Shown piece by piece: positions 39,105-49,927 of a stretch of DNA of 64,000 nucleotides. The stretch spans positions 32,001 through 96,000 of the forward strand of contig JAZDKB010000010.1 in NCBI GenBank assembly GCA_043803405.1. The letters are read 5' to 3'. Below the pieces are notes generated by a model. It saw only the letters and a list, made by a program, of their open reading frames with translations, did no database searches and had not been told where the DNA came from. Numbering within the stretch: the first letter of the stretch is position 1; the number at the start of each line of letters is the position of its first letter. The stretch is from Spirochaetota bacterium. Its GTDB lineage: Bacteria > Spirochaetota > UBA4802 > JAFGDQ01. The position numbers and the translations under genes are program-made.

Positions 39105-40382
39105 ATGAACGAACAAAAAATAAAAGGAATGTTCTGGGGCGCCATTACAGGAGACGCTATCGGGACACCTCTGGACGGACTAAGCAAAGCGCATTTACAT
39201 TCTGTCTTTAAAAACATTGAAAGCTATTTAGATCCAACACCGGCATTAAAAAACAAACCGGAGAACTGGAAAAAACCCTGCCTTTACTCTGCTATTTCGC
39301 AATTTATGCTGCTTTTATCAATGTTTCTGTTTTCCTTTAAGCGCCCCGATCCCCGCGAATTTACCGAATATATTTCGCGCAGTCTTTCCGAAGGAGATAA
39401 CGAATTAGGGATATTCAGGCATCCTGCTGTAATGGAGAAATACTTTATAAAAAAAATAAAATCCCAGGCCGCAAATTCCGGAGATGCCTTGTTTTCAGTC
39501 CCGTCTGCAAATTTAGCCGTATTAATGACGCCCTTTGTTCTAAGTCCGCCGCAAAATGAAACACATATTGAGCAATTACTTTCCTTTTCGCTTATGCTCA
39601 ACAGGGATGTTCATTCAACAGCCGGCACATTAATTTTTAATGCGCTTTTAGCAGATATACTTGGTAAAGAAAGTTTGCCTGAAAGGGAATCGATACTTGC
39701 TTCTGCGATCACCAGTTCGAATTCATTACTTAAAAATGCAGAGAAATTAATGCCAAGAATATTTGATCTCGGCATAAATCCGGACTATCTGTTAGCATCT
39801 ATAAAAGATTATATTACAATATTTTCTAATATTATAAATATAAATGATATTGATAGTTCAGAGAAAACAATAATAAATTATGTGAATTTAAAAATAAAAA
39901 CGCCTGTTACAAGGGCAACAGTAAATCATCCGCTTGCAATAATTCCTTTTGCGGCTTATCTTTCAAATTATTATATGGATGATTCTTTAAATGCTATTTT
40001 CCACGCTGCGGAAAGCGGAGGATCAACCTCGGTTTTTTGCGCGCTGGTCGGCGCGTTAAACGGTGCAATGTACGGCTTAGACACTCTGCCTGAAAATTTA
40101 ATCAATGAACTCGTAAATAAAAAAAAGATAACAACAATGGTGGATTCTCTTGTAAAGAAAAAAATGAATGATGAGCTTATTAAGGACTTTATTCACGGGG
40201 AAGCATCGCTTTCAGCAAAAGAAATTCAGGAAAAAAACGCGAGATTAAAACACGTAAAAATTAAAACAAAAAAACAAAAATCCCGTTCAGAAATAGAAAA
40301 TAGATTATCTTCCCATATTGTGGAAACATGGACTAAACTTGATAAGGCAAAATGGAAAAGAAAGAAAGATAAAGCGCAATAA
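39105..40382 (+). CDS. ADP-ribosylglycohydrolase family protein (degenerate active site)
   Basis: GMFWGAITGDAIG, GG....ALVGALNGAMYG...LP; basic C-terminal extension. Confidence 0.7.
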   Translation: MNEQKIKGMFWGAITGDAIGTPLDGLSKAHLHSVFKNIESYLDPTPALKNKPENWKKPCLYSAISQFMLLLSMFLFSFKRPDPREFTEYISRSLSEGDNELGIFRHPAVMEKYFIKKIKSQAANSGDALFSVPSANLAVLMTPFVLSPPQNETHIEQLLSFSLMLNRDVHSTAGTLIFNALLADILGKESLPERESILASAITSSNSLLKNAEKLMPRIFDLGINPDYLLASIKDYITIFSNIININDIDSSEKTIINYVNLKIKTPVTRATVNHPLAIIPFAAYLSNYYMDDSLNAIFHAAESGGSTSVFCALVGALNGAMYGLDTLPENLINELVNKKKITTMVDSLVKKKMNDELIKDFIHGEASLSAKEIQEKNARLKHVKIKTKKQKSRSEIENRLSSHIVETWTKLDKAKWKRKKDKAQ

Positions 40383-40384
40383 TA

Positions 40385-40413
40385 TTGACAAATAAAAAGT
40401 TTCGGGATAGGAT
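40385..40413 (+). promoter_or_regulatory. Candidate sigma-70 promoter
   Basis: TTGACA-17 bp-TAGGAT upstream of the M50 protease gene. Confidence 0.45.
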
Positions 40414-40443
40414 TGCAGACACTATATTTTAGTAGAGGAAAAT

Positions 40444-41157
40444 ATGAATTATTTTGTTATAATTTTGATCGTTGGTCTGCTGATATTGATACATGAGCTG
40501 GGGCATTTTATATTTGCAAAACTGGCAGGCATCCCGATTTCGGTGTTTTCTATCGGGTTCGGGCCAAAGCTATATAAATGGAAAAGAAAAGAAACGGAGT
40601 ATCGCCTTTCACTGATACCTCTGGGCGGTTATATTATGCCGGCTGTTCAGGACGAGAAGGAATTTTACAGGATACCGGTTCTTAAAAGGATATTTTTTAC
40701 TGCAGGCGGACCGGTTGCGAATATCATTCTGCCATTAATCGTTTTAATTGTAATGAACGTTATCAATTACGGAATATCAATTCCAGGAATATTTACAGAA
40801 CCGTTTGCAAGGCTGTTAAAATACTTATCGAACATACTAAATTCCATACCGCTTTTATTCTCAAAGCCGGAAGCGTTGTCCGGTATAGTAGGCATCATTG
40901 CAGCAGGCGGGCAGATAATTAACTCCCAATTCCGAAATGCAATCAACCTGCTGGTCATTCTAAGCTTAAACCTTGCTGTCTTTAACATGCTGCCTATACC
41001 TGCCCTTGACGGAGGTAAAATACTGCTATACCTGCTGGAAAAAATACATCCGAAATTTCTGAAGGCACAGGTACCGGTTACAATAGCAGGCTGGGTATTG
41101 CTGATCGGATTAATGATTTACGCAACAGTAAATGATGTAATCAAACTTGTCGCGTAA
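40444..41157 (+). CDS. Site-2 protease (M50, RseP-like, no PDZ)
   Basis: HELGH, FSIGFGP, IPLGGY, AGGPVAN, NMLPIPALDGG. Confidence 0.9.
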   Translation: MNYFVIILIVGLLILIHELGHFIFAKLAGIPISVFSIGFGPKLYKWKRKETEYRLSLIPLGGYIMPAVQDEKEFYRIPVLKRIFFTAGGPVANIILPLIVLIVMNVINYGISIPGIFTEPFARLLKYLSNILNSIPLLFSKPEALSGIVGIIAAGGQIINSQFRNAINLLVILSLNLAVFNMLPIPALDGGKILLYLLEKIHPKFLKAQVPVTIAGWVLLIGLMIYATVNDVIKLVA

Positions 41158-41228
41158 TGCAATATTAAACGGCATATTATACTGATATTTAAAAGCCGTT
41201 CCAAAATTTTCAAAGGAGGATTATTTTT

Positions 41229-41564
41229 ATGAAAAAAAACATGCTTCTTGCTTCAGTTGCCTTCTTAATATTCATAATATCATCTATTAATTTTTCTTCA
41301 GCTGCTTCCGGCAAATTAAATGCAAAAATATTTACAGGAAGGATTATATTTGTCGCTGATAATTATATTGAACTAAAAAAAGGTAAAACCGAGATCAGAG
41401 TTTACATTGCTGAAAATACAAAATTTATTGCCAGGGACGGCAAAGAAAGCGGAAAAAATATTATCAGGATTTGCCAGTATGTTGAAGCGTATTACAGCGA
41501 AGAATCGGGCAAGATGAATCTTGATAAAATCATTATTAAAAAAGAGAGCGACTGCGTTAAATAA
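41229..41564 (+). CDS. Small exported hypothetical protein
   Basis: Signal peptide, GGAGG SD, beta-rich body. Confidence 0.65.
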   Translation: MKKNMLLASVAFLIFIISSINFSSAASGKLNAKIFTGRIIFVADNYIELKKGKTEIRVYIAENTKFIARDGKESGKNIIRICQYVEAYYSEESGKMNLDKIIIKKESDCVK

Positions 41565-41603
41565 AGACTTGAAACATAATCAATAATTGCTGACGATAAT
41601 TAA

Positions 41604-42515
41604 ATGCCAAAAGAAAAATTTATATCCGGGTTTTCGACAGTAAGGAACGGCGTAAAACTCGGATACCCCCTTGTTGAATCAATTAAATCCGTCCTGCCTG
41701 TTGTGGACGAGTTCATTATCTCCGTAGGCAAATCGGATGATGATACTCTTAAAACAATCAAGAAGATCGGTGACAAAAAAATAAAGATAATCGAAACAGT
41801 ATGGGACCCACGCTTCACTGTTAAGGGCAGGATTCTTGCCGTGCAGTCGAACATTGCTCTTTTCCAGTGTACGGGCGACTGGGCGTTCTACATCCAGGCG
41901 GACGAAGTTTTTCACGATGAAGATCAGAACAAAATAGTCGCCCTTTGCGAAAAATACAAATCAGACGAAAGGGTCGAAGGTTTTCTTTTCGACTACACGC
42001 ATTTCTTCGGCAACTACAACTGGTACGGCGATTCGTATCACTGGTACAGGAAGGAGATACGCCTGATACGCAATCACAGGGGAATAATATCGTGGCGATC
42101 TGCCCAGAGCTTCCGGGTTGACGGAAGAAAGATAGGCGTGATCGACTCGTGCGCGCGTATATTTCATTACGGCTGGGTGCGGCCCCCCGAAGTAATGGCA
42201 GAAAAGAGACGGCAGCACGATGAGCTTCATCACGGGAAAGGGCATTATCATACAATTCATAAACCTGACTATAATTATTTAAGCGAAATGGATACGAAAT
42301 GCATGAAGCCGTTTACAGGAAAACATCCGGCTGTTATGAAGGACAAAATTAAAAGCTATAAGGTTGATTTTAATCCTGCGATGGTGGATTATAAGCCGAA
42401 GTTTAAAGATTTGCGGCGCAGGCTTCAGAATAAAATAGGCAGGCTCACCGGATTTTATCCCGGGGAATACAAGAATTACAAATTATTAAAAACAGATAAT
42501 AGTGCCAAGTATTGA
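41604..42515 (+). CDS. Glycosyltransferase family 2
   Basis: ISGFSTVRN, SDDDT, WAFYIQADE, IFHYGWV. Confidence 0.85.
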   Translation: MPKEKFISGFSTVRNGVKLGYPLVESIKSVLPVVDEFIISVGKSDDDTLKTIKKIGDKKIKIIETVWDPRFTVKGRILAVQSNIALFQCTGDWAFYIQADEVFHDEDQNKIVALCEKYKSDERVEGFLFDYTHFFGNYNWYGDSYHWYRKEIRLIRNHRGIISWRSAQSFRVDGRKIGVIDSCARIFHYGWVRPPEVMAEKRRQHDELHHGKGHYHTIHKPDYNYLSEMDTKCMKPFTGKHPAVMKDKIKSYKVDFNPAMVDYKPKFKDLRRRLQNKIGRLTGFYPGEYKNYKLLKTDNSAKY

Positions 42516-42519
42516 TTAA

Positions 42520-43167
42520 ATGACATCCGATTTTGATGATATAAAAAAGATCTATAAGTTAATTAAGAGCGACATTGAAAAACAGATCGCAGGCTTTAAG
42601 TCGATATGGAAGCGCGGCAACAATGACGAGCTCTTCACTGAACTTGCGTTCTGTATACTCACGCCTCAGTCAAAAGCAAGATCGGGCTGGAAGGCAATCT
42701 GCAACCTTAAAGAAAAAAATCTGCTCCTGTGCGGCAAATACAGCGACGTCAACAAAGAACTAAACATAGTCCGTTTTAAAAACAAGAAAGCGGAATACCT
42801 TATACACGCCAGGGAAAAGTTCGCTTCAAATGAAAATCCAGGCTTAAAGAAACTGCTAAGCAGCTTTACATCAATATACGAAAAAAGAGACTGGCTTGTA
42901 AAAGAGGTAAAAGGGTACGGCTATAAAGAAGCGAGCCACTTTTTACGCAACATTGGGCTTGGAGAGGAGATCGCGATTCTGGACAGGCACATACTTAAAA
43001 ACCTTAAACTCTTTGATGTGATTAAAAAAATTCCCGATTCAATTACCAGAAAAAAATATTTAGAGATGGAAGAGCAGTTAAAAATATTCGCAAAAGAAAT
43101 AAAGATACCTGCAGATCATCTTGATTTTGTTCTATGGTACAAGGAAGCGGGTGAAGTGTTTAAATAG
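42520..43167 (+). CDS. ogg: 8-oxoguanine N-glycosylase/DNA lyase (OGG2, archaeal/thermophile type)
   Basis: ELAFCILT, RFKNKKA, VKGYGYKEASHFLRNIG (HhH), AILDRHIL, LDFVLWY. Confidence 0.88.
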   Translation: MTSDFDDIKKIYKLIKSDIEKQIAGFKSIWKRGNNDELFTELAFCILTPQSKARSGWKAICNLKEKNLLLCGKYSDVNKELNIVRFKNKKAEYLIHAREKFASNENPGLKKLLSSFTSIYEKRDWLVKEVKGYGYKEASHFLRNIGLGEEIAILDRHILKNLKLFDVIKKIPDSITRKKYLEMEEQLKIFAKEIKIPADHLDFVLWYKEAGEVFK

Positions 43168-43217
43168 CAAAGATACCCTAGAGATGCACGGCCGTGCGTA
43201 TCCATGGGTATTTTTGC
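43167..43217. repeat. REP-like palindrome copy 2 embedded in a long hairpin; likely bidirectional terminator
   Basis: GCAAAGATACCC-TAGAGATGCAC-GGCC-GTGCGTATCCAT-GGGTATTTTTGC between convergent genes. Confidence 0.6.
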
Positions 43218-43221
43218 ATAT

Positions 43222-43839
43222 CTACTTGCCAAGCAGTTTCTCAATCAGGTCCAGAAAAACCGGTTTTGTAATCTCATCTTTTATGTATGCTCTTACTACC
43301 ATCTGTACCTGCTCAGGGAAAAACGTCCAGTACTTCTTTGCCCAGTCTTGTGGAAAAGATTTTAGTTGCTCATCCGTAAGCTCGCCCATGCTGTAAGCGA
43401 CGAACTGCGATACCATGGCGCGCATAGCGTCATTCGGGATCTTATTTGCAGCTTTCGATTTATCCGGCACCCACTGGCGAAGCAATGCCTGTATCTTTTC
43501 TTCCGGTATGTACGGATCGTACTGAAGTATCATAGTCCTTACCGCGTCCCGCGCGCTACTTGTGATCTGCTCCGAAGTAAGACCCATCCTCTGCTTAATG
43601 TCCGAAGCAAAACGGTTCGCTGTTTTGTTGACGTCCATTTTGCCGAGCGGCTGCCTGGAATTGCGGGACGAAGGCGCGCTTTTACTGTTAGGCATGCTTT
43701 GCATACCGGGCGCCCCTGCCATGCCGGGCATTTTATTTTCGAGCGATTTCAGAAATGCGTCAAGCTCAAGCAGATCCTGCTCAGTAGCATTGGCGAAGAA
43801 ATCATCGACAACTTTTTTTATATCTTCCTGATCGTCCAT
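43222..43839 (-). CDS. Hypothetical protein
   Basis: 205-aa ORF 8 bp downstream of pgi; no family recognised. Confidence 0.7.
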   Translation of the reverse strand: MDDQEDIKKVVDDFFANATEQDLLELDAFLKSLENKMPGMAGAPGMQSMPNSKSAPSSRNSRQPLGKMDVNKTANRFASDIKQRMGLTSEQITSSARDAVRTMILQYDPYIPEEKIQALLRQWVPDKSKAANKIPNDAMRAMVSQFVAYSMGELTDEQLKSFPQDWAKKYWTFFPEQVQMVVRAYIKDEITKPVFLDLIEKLLGK

Positions 43840-43847
43840 TTTATTTA

Positions 43848-45521
<1,674 letters not shown>

Positions 45522-46340
45522 TTATTTTAACTCAGCATATTCCTTCACTATGTCTGCTGTAAAAGATTCCATGCCCTCGTATGTCTTGTGGTGCTTAAGC
45601 ATATCCTTAATCACCTGAAAAGGCAATGTCGCGATATGTGCGCCTGCAAGCGCTGCTTCCCTGGTCTGGCGCGGGTTTCTGAGCGAGGCAGCAATGATCT
45701 CCGAGTCGAAATCATAATGCTCCACTATTTCTACACATTGGCCGACTAAATCTATCCCTGAAATAATACCGTTATCGTCCAGAACTTTGCCATCCTTTTC
45801 AATGCCGAATGCCGGGAAATAATCCGATTTGTCGAACTTGGCACCCAGGGTTTTCCGAAGATGATCATCTATCCGGCCGGCAAACGGACTTATAAATTTA
45901 GCACCCGCCTTTGCTGCTAAAAGCGCCTGCTCTGGGGTGAATATCAGAGTACAGTTTACGGGTATTCCTTCTTCCGTCAGCTTCCGTACCGCTTCTATCC
46001 CGTCGAAATGAGTAGTATCCTCATTTTTAAACGCAGGATTAACGGGTATCTTTATATAAACGTTATTTGCAACCGGATTAAACATACCAAAAATTCTTTT
46101 CCCCTGCTCAATCATTTTATCAGCCTTAATCTCGGTTACTTCCAGACTTACCGGCGTATTCTTTGCGGTTGTCAGTATATTATTAATATACGTCTTAAGA
46201 TCAAGTTTCTTGCCTGCTGCGACCCGCTTCTCCACAGCTTTTTTTAACAGCGACGGATTCGTAGTAACACCGTCAGTGACTCCCCAAGCGTATGCCTGCG
46301 CTATTTCCTCAATATCCGCGCTGTCGATAAAAATTTTCAT
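45522..46340 (-). CDS. tal: Transaldolase family protein
   Basis: IFIDSAD, GVTTNPSL, YIKIP, NCTLIF, SPFAGRIDD, AASLR. Confidence 0.85.
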   Translation of the reverse strand: MKIFIDSADIEEIAQAYAWGVTDGVTTNPSLLKKAVEKRVAAGKKLDLKTYINNILTTAKNTPVSLEVTEIKADKMIEQGKRIFGMFNPVANNVYIKIPVNPAFKNEDTTHFDGIEAVRKLTEEGIPVNCTLIFTPEQALLAAKAGAKFISPFAGRIDDHLRKTLGAKFDKSDYFPAFGIEKDGKVLDDNGIISGIDLVGQCVEIVEHYDFDSEIIAASLRNPRQTREAALAGAHIATLPFQVIKDMLKHHKTYEGMESFTADIVKEYAELK

Positions 46341-46363
46341 TTAATCATCCTCCAGAATTTTGT

Positions 46364-46552
46364 TTACCCGGCTCTGCCATCATCGCATGGACCGCTTTCA
46401 TCTCTTGCTCTTGCATGCTCAGCAGTATCGGTAGTAGTGCAATACGGCAGTTTTTCCATTTGTATGCCGCAACATTCCGGTGTAACTTCATTGACGCCCG
46501 CGTCAAGACTTTTACCACATTTTTTACATTTGAATGTCGTTCTGTCGTCCAT
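46364..46552 (-). CDS. Small metal-binding protein (CxxC...CCG)
   Basis: FKCKKCG-x13-CCG, then C...AEHAR...PCDDGRAG; GGAGG SD upstream. Confidence 0.75.
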   Translation of the reverse strand: MDDRTTFKCKKCGKSLDAGVNEVTPECCGIQMEKLPYCTTTDTAEHARARDESGPCDDGRAG

Positions 46553-46684
46553 AGCAAGCCTCCGTCTGTAAATAAAAACCCATTAATTATATTACTTTAT
46601 AAACAAATAAAGCAACCGAAAAATTATATTATATTTTAAGGAAAAGAAAGTATAGCAGGATCAATGAGGCAAAAAATTGAATTT

Positions 46685-47314
46685 CTAATAATTATTATAT
46701 TTAACGAATTTTTCAGGAGCCCTTCTATAAGCCCTGGGCAAAAGTTTAACACCTTTTTTCAGATAACCGATAGCCAGGATAAGCGGTATAATTTTTTCCT
46801 CAGGAATATTGAATTCTTTTTTAATCATGTCTTCATTGAATCCGTCCATAGGATGAGTTTCCAGCCCCATATCTTTTGCTGCAATCATAAGGCTCATTGC
46901 AAAAAAAGATGTATTTTTAATGGCGAATATCTTTCTTCTTAAGCTGTCCTTCTCGCCGTAATAACTCAACGTGGAGGCTTTTGACGACTGAAAAGCCTCC
47001 GGTTTTGTATATCCTAACCTGATATTTACATTAAGGACATCATCAATATTCTCTTCTATAGCCGACGGATTGGCTATAATAATAAAAACAGCCGAAGCTT
47101 CGGCAACCTTTGCCTGGTTACCTGCGCATTTTTTTAAATCTTCTTTTCTGTCAGGATCATCGACAATAATAAGTTCCCACGGCTGCAAATTCCTTGAAGA
47201 GGGAGATAGATTTGCAAGATTGAGCAGTTTTTTAATTTTTGCATCAGGTATCTTTTTACCCGGCTCGAAAAAATTTATTGAGCGTCTCTCTTTTAATGCT
47301 TTAACAGTTTCCAT
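46685..47314 (-). CDS. Nitroreductase family protein
   Basis: ERRSINFF, SPSSRNLQPW, GLETHPMDGF. Confidence 0.9.
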   Translation of the reverse strand: METVKALKERRSINFFEPGKKIPDAKIKKLLNLANLSPSSRNLQPWELIIVDDPDRKEDLKKCAGNQAKVAEASAVFIIIANPSAIEENIDDVLNVNIRLGYTKPEAFQSSKASTLSYYGEKDSLRRKIFAIKNTSFFAMSLMIAAKDMGLETHPMDGFNEDMIKKEFNIPEEKIIPLILAIGYLKKGVKLLPRAYRRAPEKFVKYNNY

Positions 47315-47434
47315 GAAAATTGCTCCTATATTGCTCCTTTGATTATTATTTAAATTGCGTCCTTAATCCAGTTTGCAATTGTGAGACTATTTAAGCATAT
47401 CAACAAAGAGTTTATTTAAGTATAGTTCGAAAAA

Positions 47435-48640
47435 TTAAAATACTTTTAATCCGGACAGTTTCTTTCCTATCTTTTCTCCCAGTTCAACACAACTTTTAAT
47501 ATCCTGTTCATTCGGAACGAACTTAATATTGATGTCGTCCACCGCATCCATCATGTTAAACTTCATCTCATCAAGTTCGCGGCGGATAAGTTTAACGGAC
47601 TCTCCGCTCCACCCGTAAGAACCGAATGCAGCGCCTATTTTATTCCTGGGTTTCAGGCCTTTCATATACACAAGAAAATCACCGACAGTAGGGAAAATCT
47701 GGTTGTTCAGGGTCGGGGATCCAACAATAACTGCGCCTGCGTCCATAACCTCTGTTATAATATCGCTTCTGTGGCACGACCTTAAATGCATGGGCAGTGT
47801 GTAAACGCCTGTGCTGTTTAAGCCTGCGGTAATTGCTTCAGCCATTTTTTCCGTGCTATGCCACATCGTATCATAAACCACTATAGCTTTCTTAGTCGGT
47901 TTTTGCTCGCACCACTCAGCATAGGCCGAGATTATTTTAGATGGATCAGTACGCCAGATTATTCCATGATCCGGGCAGATCATTTTTATCTGCAAACCGA
48001 GTTCGGCAACACGGCCTAATAATTTTTTTATCAAAGGCGAATAAAGCAAAAGAATATTAGCATAATATTTTTTCGCGTGAGGCATAATAAACTCATCTTT
48101 TATCTCATCATCAAATCTTTCAGGACCGGCATAGTGCTCACCGAACGCGTCGCTCGAAAACAATATCTTATCTTCCTTAAGATAGGAAAACATGCTGTCC
48201 GGCCAGTGAAGCATTCTGGTCTCGAGAAACGTAAAAGTCCTTTTGCCTATTTTAAGTTCTTCACCATCCTTAACAGCTTTAAGATTAAGCTTTCCGTAAA
48301 TATGCCTGCTTAGATTTTCCAATCCCTTTTCTGAACAATATACAGGTTTCTCTTTGCCCAAAATATTCATTACTTCCGAAAGCCCGCCGGAATGATCCAT
48401 TTCCGTATGGTTGCTGATAACATAATCGATTTTTTTCGGATCAATTATGCTTCTGATATTTGCAATCAGTTCCTCAACAAATTCTTTTTTAACAGTATCT
48501 ATCAGCGTAACTTTTTCGTCAATTATCAGATATGAATTGTATGTTGTCCCTTGTTTTGTGGAATATCCGTGAAAGTCGCGCACATTCCAGTCTACAGCTC
48601 CGACAGAATATATACCCGGAGCCAGCTCAGTTGCTTTCAT
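47435..48640 (-). CDS. fprA: Flavodiiron protein (FprA/rubredoxin:oxygen oxidoreductase family)
   Basis: NHTEMDH, HWPDSM, SSDAFG, PDHG, flavodoxin domain with FGSYGWSGE. Confidence 0.93.
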   Translation of the reverse strand: MKATELAPGIYSVGAVDWNVRDFHGYSTKQGTTYNSYLIIDEKVTLIDTVKKEFVEELIANIRSIIDPKKIDYVISNHTEMDHSGGLSEVMNILGKEKPVYCSEKGLENLSRHIYGKLNLKAVKDGEELKIGKRTFTFLETRMLHWPDSMFSYLKEDKILFSSDAFGEHYAGPERFDDEIKDEFIMPHAKKYYANILLLYSPLIKKLLGRVAELGLQIKMICPDHGIIWRTDPSKIISAYAEWCEQKPTKKAIVVYDTMWHSTEKMAEAITAGLNSTGVYTLPMHLRSCHRSDIITEVMDAGAVIVGSPTLNNQIFPTVGDFLVYMKGLKPRNKIGAAFGSYGWSGESVKLIRRELDEMKFNMMDAVDDINIKFVPNEQDIKSCVELGEKIGKKLSGLKVF

Positions 48641-48661
48641 ATTAATTACCTCAGTATTAAG

Positions 48662-48820
48662 TTACATCTTTTCAAATTCGCTTTTTGATGCTCCGCAAAC
48701 CGGGCATGTCCAGTCGTCAGGAATGCTCTCAAATTTTGTCCCTGGTTTAACACCGTTATCCGGATCGCCCTTTTCCGGATCATAGATATAACCGCAAACT
48801 GCGCATTTGTATTTATTCAT
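48662..48820 (-). CDS. Rubredoxin (52 aa; below ORF-track cutoff)
   Basis: Manual translation [59 protein letters not shown]. Confidence 0.97.
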   Translation of the reverse strand: MNKYKCAVCGYIYDPEKGDPDNGVKPGTKFESIPDDWTCPVCGASKSEFEKM

Positions 48821-48890
48821 ACCGATACTCCTTTTATTTTATAATTTTTTTCGAATTAATAAACTATTACAATAAATACCCGAATATATA

Positions 48891-49859
48891 CTATAATTCT
48901 TTAATGAGATCAATTACATTTTTTTCTATGTTCTGTCTTAATTCGCGAATAAATTCCAGAGACTTACCTGCCGGATCCGGCAAGTCCCAGTTAATGAGTT
49001 TTACACCCGGAATTAAAGGACAGGAAACATCGCAACCCATTGTAACAATAACATCAGGTTTGTTATTCATCAAAACTTCCTGAACTGATTTTGGACTGCG
49101 AAATGCCATATCAATACCTTTTTCAGCCATTATCTGAATCATATTACCGCTTATGCTTTCAGCAGGATTATCGCCGGCGCTAAGCGCCTCAACTGTGCTT
49201 CCGGCATAATAAGCTGTGAACGCTTCCGACATCTGGCTGTGGAACGAATTGTCTTTACATACAAACAACAGTTTCTTTCTGTTTAAATACGGCCTGATCA
49301 GCTCACGGGCTTTTTCTCTTGCTTCGTTAAGCGCACCCGGGTGCTTTGCAATATCGCCCGGCTCCTCAATCTGCCTGTATACAAGGCTCCCTTTAAAGTT
49401 CGCTCCTACAGCATCAAAAAAATACTTAGCAGTAAGATTCAGCCCCTCGAATAAATTCTCGCCCTTTGTTGCTCCTAGAGCAAGTAAAAAACCGCTTCTC
49501 CATTTTCTTCCGGGATCGTCAAGTTTCAGTTTATATTTGCGCGCCCATTGAGTCTGTGAGCGGTCGATAAGTGCCTTTAACTGTGCAGGTACGCTGTAAA
49601 AAAAGACCGGGGTTGCCATAACTATCAGATCCGCCTTCCACAGAAGAGGATAAATCTCACTTTTCATGTCATCATAAATAGGACAAAAGCCCTGTGTCTC
49701 ACAAACCTTGAGTTCTTTGCAAGGAATAATATTTTTTTTATCGACAGCAATAGTGTGAGTTATTGCGCCGTTTTTTTCCGCTTCTTCCATGAAGGCGGAA
49801 AGAAGAACGCTTGTATTCCCGTTTTTTCGCGGGCTTCCCAGCAATCCCAGAATAAACAT
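48891..49859 (-). CDS. Iron-sulfur flavoprotein/FMN reductase-like domain fused to ArsC/LMW-phosphatase-like domain
   Basis: GSPRKNGNT, ATPVFF, KALIDR; C-terminal LFVCKDNSFHSQM, SAG, VTMGC...CP, WDLPDPAG. Confidence 0.8.
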   Translation of the reverse strand: MFILGLLGSPRKNGNTSVLLSAFMEEAEKNGAITHTIAVDKKNIIPCKELKVCETQGFCPIYDDMKSEIYPLLWKADLIVMATPVFFYSVPAQLKALIDRSQTQWARKYKLKLDDPGRKWRSGFLLALGATKGENLFEGLNLTAKYFFDAVGANFKGSLVYRQIEEPGDIAKHPGALNEAREKARELIRPYLNRKKLLFVCKDNSFHSQMSEAFTAYYAGSTVEALSAGDNPAESISGNMIQIMAEKGIDMAFRSPKSVQEVLMNNKPDVIVTMGCDVSCPLIPGVKLINWDLPDPAGKSLEFIRELRQNIEKNVIDLIKEL

Positions 49860-49877
49860 AGTATTTGTCTTTTTATT

Positions 49878-49927
49878 AAGATTTACAAGTAGAGACGTAC
49901 AGTCGTGCGTCTCTACTTGTAAATCTT
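49878..49927. repeat. REP-like palindrome copy 3 (49889-49916) within a perfect 20-bp inverted repeat
   Basis: AAGATTTACAAGTAGAGACG-TACAGTCGTG-CGTCTCTACTTGTAAATCTT. Confidence 0.8.

Noticed and set aside
46345..46557. 70-aa ORF in an alternative frame
   Set aside because: The overlapping 62-aa frame has an SD and a coherent Cys motif.
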